Source: an uncultured delta proteobacterium (GTDB lineage: Bacteria > Desulfobacterota > Binatia > UBA9968). From it: a stretch of 64,000 nucleotides of DNA. A model generated the notes under the pieces. That model had not been told where the DNA came from and did no database searches. It worked only from the letters and a program-made list of their open reading frames with translations. Shown here in pieces: positions 9,616-18,653 of the stretch. The position numbers and the translations under genes are program-made. How positions within the stretch are numbered: the first letter of the stretch is position 1; each line of letters begins with the position of its first letter. The stretch spans positions 20,996-84,995 of the forward strand of contig CAWJBB010000053.1 of the NCBI GenBank assembly GCA_963840855.1, written 5' to 3'.

Positions 9616-10002
9616 ATGTTGTTTGATTTCGCTAATGTATTTGTGTTTACCGCGCTGGGACTCGGCTTCGTCGGCGTCAACCTGCTGATCGGCAAATTGT
9701 TGCGCCCGTCGAATCCGCAGATCCGAAAATTATCGACCTATGAATGCGGCGAGCCTTCCACCGGCAGCGCGTGGGTCAATTTCAATATCCGTTTTTATCT
9801 CGTCGCTCTGGTTTTCATCATCTTCGAGGTTGAAATCGCCTTTCTTTTCCCGGTGGCCGTCGTCTTTCGCGGCCTAGTGGAAAGTGGGGACGGGTTATTG
9901 GCATTCGTGAAGGCATTTATCTTCGTCGGCACGCTGTTTCTTGGTCTGATCTATGCGTGGGTTAAAGGCGACTTGGAGTGGGTGAAAAAGGTCAAGATAT
10001 GA
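9616..10002 (+). CDS. nuoA: complex I subunit A
   Basis: [34 protein letters not shown]; ATG 9616 preferred. Confidence 0.95.
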   Translation: MLFDFANVFVFTALGLGFVGVNLLIGKLLRPSNPQIRKLSTYECGEPSTGSAWVNFNIRFYLVALVFIIFEVEIAFLFPVAVVFRGLVESGDGLLAFVKAFIFVGTLFLGLIYAWVKGDLEWVKKVKI

Positions 10003-10027
10003 TCTAGTGAGGGTCTTAGAAATTCCC

Positions 10028-10540
10028 ATGAAACCATTGATAAACTCTCTGCCAGAAACTGTTTTTACGACCAAGGTTGACGACTTGCTCAATTGGGGCA
10101 GGGCGTCGTCGCAATGGTATATGCTGTTTGGTTTGGCTTGCTGCGCCATCGAACTGATGCAGACCGGCGGACCGCGCGCCGATCTGGATCGCTTCGGCGC
10201 CGTACCGCGCGCCACGCCGCGCCAGTCCGATCTCATGATCGTCGCCGGTACTTTGACCTATAAAATGGCCAAGCGCACCAAGCTGCTTTACGATCAAATG
10301 CCGGACCCCAAATATGTGATCTCGATGGGCAGTTGCGCGAATTGCGGCGGCCTGTTTCAACTGGCCTACTCGGTCTGTAAGGGCGTCGATAAAATTGTTC
10401 CCGTGGACGTTTATGTTCCGGGGTGCCCGCCGCGGCCTGAAGCGCTCACCGAGGGGCTGCTCAGAATCCAAGATCTCATGATGCGCGAACGCTGGTTGGT
10501 GAAACCTTCCCGTCCGGCGACTGAAACGGCTGAAGCATAA
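10028..10540 (+). CDS. nuoB: complex I subunit B
   Basis: [28 protein letters not shown]. Confidence 0.96.
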   Translation: MKPLINSLPETVFTTKVDDLLNWGRASSQWYMLFGLACCAIELMQTGGPRADLDRFGAVPRATPRQSDLMIVAGTLTYKMAKRTKLLYDQMPDPKYVISMGSCANCGGLFQLAYSVCKGVDKIVPVDVYVPGCPPRPEALTEGLLRIQDLMMRERWLVKPSRPATETAEA

Positions 10541-10543
10541 GGG

Positions 10544-11050
10544 ATGGACGCTCAACAGATTTTCGCGCGCCTCGAACAACAGTTTCCCGGCAAGGTCCAC
10601 GATTTCAAGGGGGATGTTGCTGAGCCCTATTTGAAAGCGGATCGGACGGCCATCGTCGATGTCTGCCGGTTTCTGCGCGACGATAAGGATCTGAAATTCG
10701 AAGTTTTATCGGATCTGACCGCGCTGGATTGGCCCAAAGAGGAAATAATCCAGGTTGTTTACCACCTATTTACGTATACTCATCGACAGCAGATCGTGCT
10801 CAAAGTGGACTTGCCGCGGGACAATCCCACGATCGCCACGGTTGAAGGCATATGGAAAGTGGCAAACTGGTTTGAACGCGAAGTTTACGATCTTTTCGGC
10901 GTGATCTTCGAGGGCCATAGCGATCTTCGACGAATTATGTTGCCCGAAGACTGGGTCGGATATCCGCTGCGCAAAGACTATGTCGAGCAGGAAGAATACG
11001 ACGGCATCAGCACGCAGCGCGCGCCGCTGGTTGAGAAGCTGCTTCGCTAA
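10544..11050 (+). CDS. nuoC: complex I subunit C
   Basis: ANWFEREVYDLFG, GHSDLRRI, GYPLRKDY. Confidence 0.95.
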   Translation: MDAQQIFARLEQQFPGKVHDFKGDVAEPYLKADRTAIVDVCRFLRDDKDLKFEVLSDLTALDWPKEEIIQVVYHLFTYTHRQQIVLKVDLPRDNPTIATVEGIWKVANWFEREVYDLFGVIFEGHSDLRRIMLPEDWVGYPLRKDYVEQEEYDGISTQRAPLVEKLLR

Positions 11051-11062
11051 TCCCTTAAAGCT

Positions 11063-12205
11063 ATGAACGAGACCATACAAGAACAGGGCCCGGGTTTTTT
11101 CGCCGAGGAAATGACCATAAGCGTGGGGCCGCAGCACCCGAGCACCCACGGGGTGCTGCGCTTCGTCGTCAAAACCGACGGCGAAGTGATCAGCGAGGCG
11201 ATCCCGGACGTCGGCTATCTGCATCGTTCCATCGAAAAAATCGGCGAAAAGGTCACTTGGCACGGCTATGTGCCCTACACCGACCGCGCCGATTACCTGG
11301 CGGCGATGTTTGCCAATCAGGCGTTTTGCCTTGCCGCTGAAAAACTGGCGGGAACGGAGGTCACGCGCCGGGGGGAGTTTTGCCGGGTGATCGCTTGCGA
11401 GCTGAACCGTATCGCGAGCCATTTGATTTCGGTAGGCACCTTTGGCCAAGACATTGGCGCCATGACGCCGTTCGTGCATGCGCTGCGCGAACGCGAGACC
11501 ATTAATAATCTTATGGAAGAGATTTGCGGCGCCCGGCTGACCTACAATTATATTCGCATCGGCGGCGTGGGTTACGATATCGTACCGGGAACCTGTTCGC
11601 GCATCGTTGAATTTCTCGATCACTTCGAACCTATCGTCGATGAGTTCAATCGGCTACTGTCCGGCAACAAGATTTTTATCGAGCGGCTCGCCGGCGTCGC
11701 GGTGGTGAGCAAGGAAGACGCGCTTTCCTACAATTTAGTAGGTCCCAACCTGCGCGGCTCCGGAATCAAGTGGGACATCCGGCGCGACATTCCCTATTCA
11801 ATATATCCGGAATTGGATTTCGAAGTTCCAGTGGGCACGGCGCAGGTGGGCGTGCTCGGCGATAGTTTCGACCGGTACTGGGTGCGCATCTGTGAGTTGC
11901 AGGAGAGCTGTAAGATCCTGCGCCAATGTCTGAAAATGATGCCCAAGGGGCCGGCCATCGCCAAAGTGCCGCGCAAGTTTAGACCGCCGGTGGGCGAACG
12001 CTATGCCAGGGTGGAGGCGCCGCGCGGCGATATGGGCTTCTATGTGGTCAGCGACGGCAGTGAATATCCGTACCGGGTGCGCATTCGCACCGGTTCGTTT
12101 GCCGCTATGGCCATCATCGACAAACTCAGCAAAGGCATTATGGTCGCCGATCTGATCGCGCTCATCGGCAGTCTCGACGTCGATGCGCCGGAGATCGACC
12201 GCTAG
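11063..12205 (+). CDS. nuoD: complex I subunit D
   Basis: GPQHPSTHGVLR, GYLHRSIEK, DRADY, EAPRG, C-terminal EIDR; no NiFe CxxC ligands. Confidence 0.96.
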   Translation: MNETIQEQGPGFFAEEMTISVGPQHPSTHGVLRFVVKTDGEVISEAIPDVGYLHRSIEKIGEKVTWHGYVPYTDRADYLAAMFANQAFCLAAEKLAGTEVTRRGEFCRVIACELNRIASHLISVGTFGQDIGAMTPFVHALRERETINNLMEEICGARLTYNYIRIGGVGYDIVPGTCSRIVEFLDHFEPIVDEFNRLLSGNKIFIERLAGVAVVSKEDALSYNLVGPNLRGSGIKWDIRRDIPYSIYPELDFEVPVGTAQVGVLGDSFDRYWVRICELQESCKILRQCLKMMPKGPAIAKVPRKFRPPVGERYARVEAPRGDMGFYVVSDGSEYPYRVRIRTGSFAAMAIIDKLSKGIMVADLIALIGSLDVDAPEIDR

Positions 12206-12216
12206 TCATTGAAGGG

Positions 12217-12250
12217 GTTCAAAAGTTCAAGGTTCAAGGTTAGAGTTAGG
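12217..12250. repeat. GTTCAAG heptamer array, single arm, at the nuoD-nuoH junction
   Basis: gttcaaaa gttcaag gttcaag gttagag. Confidence 0.75.
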
Positions 12251-12276
12251 GATAGTGCTTACGCGGTTCATCACAC

Positions 12277-13473
12277 ATGCAAGCGTATATTGACCAGTTG
12301 ATCGAACAAGGTTACTTCACCGGCGCGCCCAAAGAAGTCGTTTACGCGGCTGCCATGGTGCTGATCGCTCTCGTCGTGCTCTCGGTGTTCGTGGCCCCCT
12401 TGGCCGGGGTTACCAGTTGGCTCGAACGGCGGGTCTGGGCCAGGATGCAGTCCCGCGTCGGGCCAAATCGCGTCGGGCCGCAAGGCATTCTCCAGTGGAT
12501 CGCCGACGGCATCAAGAATTTATTGAAAGAAGATTTGATTCCCTCGGCGGCGGACGCCAAACTTTTCTCGCTGGCTCCCTACGTCGTGTTCATGGGCTTT
12601 CTTTGCACGTTCGTGGTGATTCCTTTCGGCAGCCAGCTCATCGTCGCCGATCTTAACATCGGCATACTTTATATTCTCGCGGTCACCTCGCTCGTAGTGG
12701 TCGGCATTCTCATGGCCGGTTGGTCGTCGAACAACAAATGGTCGTTGCTCGGCGGCATGCGTTCCGCGGCGCAAATCGTGAGCTATGAGATTCCCGCGGG
12801 AGTTGCCATCCTGACCATTGTTTTTCTCGCCGGCACCCTGAGCATGCAAGGTATCATCGAGGCTCAAGGTTGGGCGCCCTGGGACTGGTTCTTGTTCAAC
12901 AATCCATTTACCTTCGCGGCATTTTTTCTCTACTTTACGGCGGCGTTGGCCGAGGGCAACCGCACGCCCTTCGACATTCCTGAAGCCGAATCGGAACTGG
13001 TCGCTGGCTACGTCACCGAGTACAGCGGCATGCGATTTTTGTTTTTCTTCTTCGCGGAGTGGGGCAATTTGTACGTGATCGGCGCCGTGGCAACGACGCT
13101 TTTTCTTGGCGGTTGGCAGGTTGCGCCGCTGGCGCTATTTGAGAATAACCCGGTTCTGTTGAACGTCGCGCAATTCATCACGTTTTTTCTCAAAGCGTAT
13201 TTCTGGGTTTTCGTCGCGATGTGGGTCAGGGCGACGTTGCCGCGCGTGCGCGTCGACCAGCTCATGGCGCTTTGTTGGAAATACATGGTGCCGCTGTCGT
13301 TCCTCTGCCTCATGGGAACCATTGGCTTTATGTTCATGCCGAAGGACATCCAGCGCATCGTCAGCGCGGCGATGTTCGGGCTCGGGGTCGCGCTGGTGAT
13401 CATTTTCTTTATGCGGGTCGTCTTTCAAATTCGCCACGCCAAGCCGGAGCTTTATTTCAAGCCGCACATTTAA
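12277..13473 (+). CDS. nuoH: complex I subunit H
   Basis: ERRVWARMQSRVGPNRVG, RTPFDIPEAESELVAG, TEYSG. Confidence 0.96.
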   Translation: MQAYIDQLIEQGYFTGAPKEVVYAAAMVLIALVVLSVFVAPLAGVTSWLERRVWARMQSRVGPNRVGPQGILQWIADGIKNLLKEDLIPSAADAKLFSLAPYVVFMGFLCTFVVIPFGSQLIVADLNIGILYILAVTSLVVVGILMAGWSSNNKWSLLGGMRSAAQIVSYEIPAGVAILTIVFLAGTLSMQGIIEAQGWAPWDWFLFNNPFTFAAFFLYFTAALAEGNRTPFDIPEAESELVAGYVTEYSGMRFLFFFFAEWGNLYVIGAVATTLFLGGWQVAPLALFENNPVLLNVAQFITFFLKAYFWVFVAMWVRATLPRVRVDQLMALCWKYMVPLSFLCLMGTIGFMFMPKDIQRIVSAAMFGLGVALVIIFFMRVVFQIRHAKPELYFKPHI

Positions 13474-13486
13474 TAACTGAGGATTT

Positions 13487-14044
13487 ATGACCGTTACCAG
13501 TTACGTAAGAGATATTACCGACACGGTGAAATCGGTTTTCGAGGGAATGTCGATCACGTTTTCCCACCTGGCGCGCCGTCCGATGACGATTCAGTATCCG
13601 GATAAGATCCCGGTGCCGATTCAGGAGACGCTGCCACTGCGCTACCGCGGCATTCTCGAAGTCGATATGGATATCTGTACCGGCTGCCTGGCTTGTGAAA
13701 GAGATTGTCCGATCACCTGCATCACCATCGGCATCGAGATGGACAAAGAAACCAAGCAGCGCCAGTTTACCCATTTCGACATTGACGTCTGTAAATGCAT
13801 GTATTGCGGCTTGTGCTCGGAGGCCTGCCCGACGGGCGCGATCCGCCATTCGCAGGAGTTTGAAGGCGCAAGCTACAACCCGGCGGGTTTGGTACGCCAC
13901 TTCGTGCCGCAACCCCAGCCCTTGTATAAACCGAAAAAGGGCGGGGAAACAGAGCCGAAATTAGTCGCAAAGGTGGACATTGGGCTAAAATATCTGGATG
14001 AATTCGCCACGCCGGATGGCGGAGGTGGCGCGGAGGAGAAGTAA
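13487..14044 (+). CDS. nuoI: complex I subunit I
   Basis: TIQYP and two CxxCxxCxxxCP ferredoxin motifs. Confidence 0.95.
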   Translation: MTVTSYVRDITDTVKSVFEGMSITFSHLARRPMTIQYPDKIPVPIQETLPLRYRGILEVDMDICTGCLACERDCPITCITIGIEMDKETKQRQFTHFDIDVCKCMYCGLCSEACPTGAIRHSQEFEGASYNPAGLVRHFVPQPQPLYKPKKGGETEPKLVAKVDIGLKYLDEFATPDGGGGAEEK

Positions 14045-14153
14045 GCGGCGCAAAAAAGGGCGTTCTTCCCCTTGATCCAGAACGATTCTTCCGGTAAATG
14101 AGCCGGAAGCCCTTCAACACTTTCGGGTTTCCACGACAGATTTCTAAGGTAGC

Positions 14154-14654
14154 ATGGAAATATCTACGGTCGTTTTTTATCTGGTTGCGGTAATCACGGT
14201 GGGTTCCGCCGTGGTGGTCGCCGTTTCCCACAATATTATTTACTCGGCGTTTTCCCTGCTCGGGACCTTCATGGGGGCAGCGGGGATCTACATTTTTCTT
14301 GGCGCCGACTTTGTCGCGGCGGTGCAAGTTCTGATTTACGTCGGCGGTATTCTCGTCCTGATACTCTTCGCCGTGATGCTGACTCATCGCATCACCGATG
14401 TTGAAATTACCAACCGCGCCGCCGGACGGATTCCCGCGCTGATAATCGTCGGCGTGTTTTTCGCCTTGCTTGTGCAGACGGTCAGGGAAACGTCGTGGGT
14501 CAAGGTCAAGGAGGTCGCCTACCAGCCCACCACCGCGAAGATCGGCGATTTGTTCCTGGAGCAATATCTGCTGCCGTTTGAGCTTGCCTCCCTGGTGCTT
14601 CTGGCGGCCATGATCGGCGCCGTCGTATTGTCCCGCAAGGAGATCAAAGAGTAG
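14154..14654 (+). CDS. nuoJ: complex I subunit J
   Basis: QVLIYVGGILVL, LLPFELAS. Confidence 0.95.
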   Translation: MEISTVVFYLVAVITVGSAVVVAVSHNIIYSAFSLLGTFMGAAGIYIFLGADFVAAVQVLIYVGGILVLILFAVMLTHRITDVEITNRAAGRIPALIIVGVFFALLVQTVRETSWVKVKEVAYQPTTAKIGDLFLEQYLLPFELASLVLLAAMIGAVVLSRKEIKE

Positions 14655-14656
14655 CC

Positions 14657-14980
14657 ATGATCGCCGGCTTTTCGCCCCACGAGCTGTCGTCCTATCTCGT
14701 CATCGGCGCCATTCTTTTTTGTCTGGGGCTGTTTACGGTTTTGACGCGGCGCAACGCCATCAGCGTGCTCATGGGCGTGGAGTTGATACTTAACAGCGCC
14801 AATATTAACTATGTCGCGTTCTCTCACTTCGGTAGCGGGAATCTGGACGGGCAGTTGTACGCCATATTCGTGATCATGCTCGCCGCCGCCGAAGCGGCGG
14901 TCGGCTTGGCCATCGTTCTCGCCATTTTCCAGATCTTCCATACCATCGACGTCGAGGCCGCGGAGACGCTGAAGGAGTAG
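14657..14980 (+). CDS. nuoK: complex I subunit K
   Basis: RRNAISVLMGVELILN, AAAEAAVGLA. Confidence 0.96.
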   Translation: MIAGFSPHELSSYLVIGAILFCLGLFTVLTRRNAISVLMGVELILNSANINYVAFSHFGSGNLDGQLYAIFVIMLAAAEAAVGLAIVLAIFQIFHTIDVEAAETLKE

Positions 14981-14983
14981 CAA

Positions 14984-15068
14984 CGTGTTCGTGATGCGTG
15001 TTCGTGCTCGGATATTCCGGATGCTTCGTTCGATTTCTACGAGCACGAGCCACGAGCACGAGCCACGA
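14984..15068. repeat. inverted 6-7-mer array pair (CGTGYT / CGAGCA-type) at the nuoK-nuoL junction
   Basis: cgtgttcgtgatgcgtgttcgtgctcg ... cgagcacgagccacgagcacgagccacga. Confidence 0.8.
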
Positions 15069-15074
15069 TGAATT

Positions 15075-17108
15075 ATGGATAATCCGATACAGACTGACTA
15101 CCTGCGCTGGATCGTCTTCCTGCCGTTGATCGGCGCGATCATCAACGGCCTGTTGGGCGCGAAGATTCAAAAAGCATGGGGCGAGGGCGCCATCAGCTTC
15201 CTGGCTTGCGCGCCCGTGGTTTTCGCTTTCGGCTTGGCCTTGAACGCCTTTTTCACGCTGACAGGGTTAGAGCCGGAAAAGCGCTTCCTGATCGACAACC
15301 TCTTTCCCTGGATCCATCTCGGCACGCTGAACGTCGACATGGCTTTCCTGGTCGATCCGCTTTCGGCCGTGATGATCCTGGTCGTCACCGGCATCGGCGG
15401 CCTGATTCACATCTACGCTACCGGCTACATGCACGAAGACAAAGCTTTTTGGCGCTTCTTTGCCTTTCTCAATCTGTTCACGGCGGCGATGCTCACGCTG
15501 GTGTTGGGCGACAGCTTGCTGCTGCTATTCGTCGGTTGGGAAGGCGTGGGACTCTGCTCCTACGCCTTGATCGGCTTTTGGTATACCGACCACAACAACG
15601 CCCGCGCCGGCAACAAAGCCTTTATCGTCAACCGCGTCGGCGACTTTGGTTTTGTCCTTGGCATGTTTCTCCTCTTCTGGTCCCTCGACGCGCAAGGCCA
15701 CGGCACGTTGACGATCCGTGAAATGGTGAAATGGGCGCCGACGATCAAAGATACGATGCTGTGGGGCCTGCCGGTTATTACGCTGGCAACTCTTTTTCTC
15801 TTTGTTGGCGCCACCGGCAAGTCAGCGCAGATCCCGCTGTTTGTCTGGCTGCCCGACGCCATGGCCGGGCCGACGCCGGTGAGCGCGCTGATCCACGCGG
15901 CGACGATGGTCACCGCCGGCGTCTACATGACCGCGCGCATGAACGTCTTTTTCTCGATGGCCCCCGATACTTTGAACGTAATCGCGATCATCGGCGTAGC
16001 CACCGCTCTGGTGGCTGCCACCATCGCGCTGACGCAAAACGACATTAAGAAAGTGCTCGCCTATTCGACCGTGAGCCAGCTTGGCTACATGTTCATCGGC
16101 ATCGGCGTCGGCGGCTACGCCGCGGCTATCTTCCATCTGATGACCCATGCTTTCTTCAAAGCTTGCCTGTTCCTCGGCGCCGGCAGCGTTATCCACGCGA
16201 TGCACCATGAACAGGACATGCGCAAAATGGGCGGGCTCAAGCAATATATGCCGGTGACCTATATGACTTTCTTGATCTCGGTCATCGCCATCGCCGGGTT
16301 TCCACCCTTTGCCGGCTTTTTTTCCAAAGACGAGATCCTCTGGCTGGCTTACTCCGGTCATCACGAAATCATTTGGTTACTGGCGCTGTGCGGCGCGGGG
16401 ATGACGGCTTTCTACATGTTCCGCCAGCTTTTCATGGTGTTCTTCGGCGATTGCCGCGCCGATCATCACACCCGGGAGCACCTCCATGAGTCGCCCAGCG
16501 TCATGACCCTCCCGCTGGTCGTCCTAGCGGCCGGCGCCGTGGTAGCGGGCTGGATCGGACTCCCTGCCGTCTTCGGCGGCAGCCAATTCGCGCATTGGCT
16601 GGAGCCGGTGATTGCGCATGGCGAGCACCAGGGTTCTCACGCCGTGGAGTTGGGCCTGATGGGAATTTCTATCGCGGTGGCCGCCGCCGGCGTGATTTTC
16701 GCCTATCTGATGTATTATCGCGCCGCGTTATCGCCGGAACCTTTCGTCAATCTCGCCGGCGGTTTCTTCTACCGTTTGTTCGACCGCAAGTGGTACTTCG
16801 ATGAAATTTACCAGTTTGTTTTCGTCAACGGCACGTTGGTGCTGGCGCGCCTCGGCGCTCTGTTCGATCAATATATTATTGACGGAATCGTCGACGGTTC
16901 GGCGTCCCTCACTCGGTTTACCTCATGGCTCAACGGTCTGTTCGATGACTACATCATTGATGGCATCGTCAACGCGATCGCCAACAGCACGTTCTGGACG
17001 GGCAACCGGTTTCGCAGAATTCAGACCGGTAATATCAACAGTTACCTCTATGGAATTCTGATTGCGATCGCCCTTGCCGTCATCGTCAAGATACGTTACT
17101 GGAGCTGA
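15075..17108 (+). CDS. nuoL: complex I subunit L with extended lateral helix
   Basis: GWEGVG, GKSAQIP, WLPDAMAGPTPVSALIHAATMV, THAFFKA; duplicated LFDxYIIDGIV. Confidence 0.96.
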   Translation: MDNPIQTDYLRWIVFLPLIGAIINGLLGAKIQKAWGEGAISFLACAPVVFAFGLALNAFFTLTGLEPEKRFLIDNLFPWIHLGTLNVDMAFLVDPLSAVMILVVTGIGGLIHIYATGYMHEDKAFWRFFAFLNLFTAAMLTLVLGDSLLLLFVGWEGVGLCSYALIGFWYTDHNNARAGNKAFIVNRVGDFGFVLGMFLLFWSLDAQGHGTLTIREMVKWAPTIKDTMLWGLPVITLATLFLFVGATGKSAQIPLFVWLPDAMAGPTPVSALIHAATMVTAGVYMTARMNVFFSMAPDTLNVIAIIGVATALVAATIALTQNDIKKVLAYSTVSQLGYMFIGIGVGGYAAAIFHLMTHAFFKACLFLGAGSVIHAMHHEQDMRKMGGLKQYMPVTYMTFLISVIAIAGFPPFAGFFSKDEILWLAYSGHHEIIWLLALCGAGMTAFYMFRQLFMVFFGDCRADHHTREHLHESPSVMTLPLVVLAAGAVVAGWIGLPAVFGGSQFAHWLEPVIAHGEHQGSHAVELGLMGISIAVAAAGVIFAYLMYYRAALSPEPFVNLAGGFFYRLFDRKWYFDEIYQFVFVNGTLVLARLGALFDQYIIDGIVDGSASLTRFTSWLNGLFDDYIIDGIVNAIANSTFWTGNRFRRIQTGNINSYLYGILIAIALAVIVKIRYWS

Positions 17109-17129
17109 TTTTTAGGGAGCAGCTAGAAG

Positions 17130-18650
17130 ATGGATAACATTCTCACTTACATGACTTTTGTCCCTGTCGCCGGGGCTGTTCTCGTGTTGTTGCTGCCGAG
17201 CAATAATCATAACTTGATCCGTTGGGTTTCCGCTCTGGTCACGGTGCCGCCGCTGGCGATGGCCTGCTGGCTGTTCGCCAACTTCGATTCATCCAAGCCC
17301 GGTTTGCAATTCGTCGAAAAGTACCAGTGGATCCCGGCCTACAACATCAGCTACTACATGGGCATAGATGGGCTCAGCATCTCCATGGTGCTGCTCACCG
17401 CGCTGTTGTGTTTCCTTTGCATCTTCGCCTCCTGGGGCATCGAAAAAGGGGTCAAGGGCTACTTCGCGCTCTTTCTCATGCTCGATGCCGGCATGATGGG
17501 CGTGTTTTGCGCGCTGGACTTTTTTCTCTTCTATATTTTCTGGGAAGTGATGCTCTTGCCGATGTATTTTCTCATCGGCATCTGGGGCGGGCCGCGACGC
17601 GAGTATGCTGCCATCAAGTTTTTTCTTTACACGCTGTTCGGCAGCGTGTTGATGCTGCTCGCCATTTTGGCGCTCTATTTCAGCAGCGAACCGCATACTT
17701 TCGACATGACTGTGTTGATCGCCCAGGCCGACAAGTACGGCACAAAAACGTTGCCCATATGGCCTTTCGATCAGTGGGGTTGGGGCTTTCAGCATGTCAT
17801 CTGGATGGCGCTGTTTATCGGCTTCGCCATCAAGATTCCGGCCTTCCCATTTCATACCTGGCTGCCCGACGCCCACGTCGAGGCGCCCACGGCGGTGTCC
17901 GTCATCCTGGCCGGCGTGCTCCTCAAGATGGGCACCTACGGCATTCTCCGCATCAATTATCCGATGCTGCCCGTGGCAACGGCGGATTTGGCCTACTGGT
18001 TTCTCGGCGCTCTGGGCGCCTGGAACATTATCTACGGGGCGCTTTGCGCCATGGCGCAGAAAGATCTGAAAAAGCTCGTGGCCTATTCCAGCGTCAGCCA
18101 CATGGGTTACGTCATGCTCGGCATGGCGAGTTTCACGACCCAGGGCATCAACGGCGCGGTGCTGCAGATGTTCAATCACGGCACCATCACCGGCATGCTC
18201 TTTCTCCTGGTCGGCGTAATATACGACCGCGCGCACCATAGGGAGATCGAGGGGTTCGGCGGTCTGGCGGCGATCATGCCGCTTTATACGGGTGTTACCG
18301 CGCTAGCCTTCTTTGCGTCTATGGGCTTGCCGGGACTCTCGGGATTCATATCCGAAGTGCTGGTGCTGCTGGGCACCTGGCAGAAATATCCGGTTCTGAC
18401 GATCATTGGCGCCGCCGGCGTGGTTTTAACCGCCGGTTATCTGCTCTGGACCATCCAGCGCGTTTACCTCGGTCCGCCCAATGAAAAATACTTGAAGCTG
18501 TCGGAGATCAATGGCCGGGAGATGTTTACGTTAGTACCCTTGGGCTTAATCGTCATTGTTCTCGGCATATACCCGAGCCTCGTGCTGGATTTGCTGCGCG
18601 CCTCCCTGGATCATATCAACGAGATTGTCTTGCCGCATCTGCACAGTTAA
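17130..18650 (+). CDS. nuoM: complex I subunit M
   Basis: FWEVMLLP, PFHTWLPDAHVEAPT, LLKMG, AYSSVSHMG. Confidence 0.96.
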   Translation: MDNILTYMTFVPVAGAVLVLLLPSNNHNLIRWVSALVTVPPLAMACWLFANFDSSKPGLQFVEKYQWIPAYNISYYMGIDGLSISMVLLTALLCFLCIFASWGIEKGVKGYFALFLMLDAGMMGVFCALDFFLFYIFWEVMLLPMYFLIGIWGGPRREYAAIKFFLYTLFGSVLMLLAILALYFSSEPHTFDMTVLIAQADKYGTKTLPIWPFDQWGWGFQHVIWMALFIGFAIKIPAFPFHTWLPDAHVEAPTAVSVILAGVLLKMGTYGILRINYPMLPVATADLAYWFLGALGAWNIIYGALCAMAQKDLKKLVAYSSVSHMGYVMLGMASFTTQGINGAVLQMFNHGTITGMLFLLVGVIYDRAHHREIEGFGGLAAIMPLYTGVTALAFFASMGLPGLSGFISEVLVLLGTWQKYPVLTIIGAAGVVLTAGYLLWTIQRVYLGPPNEKYLKLSEINGREMFTLVPLGLIVIVLGIYPSLVLDLLRASLDHINEIVLPHLHS

Positions 18651-18653
18651 ATC

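Noticed and set aside
11063-12205. Group 4 NiFe hydrogenase large subunit (given nearby nickel-related larC)
   Set aside because: No CxxC Ni ligands; quinone-site His and Tyr of NuoD are present.
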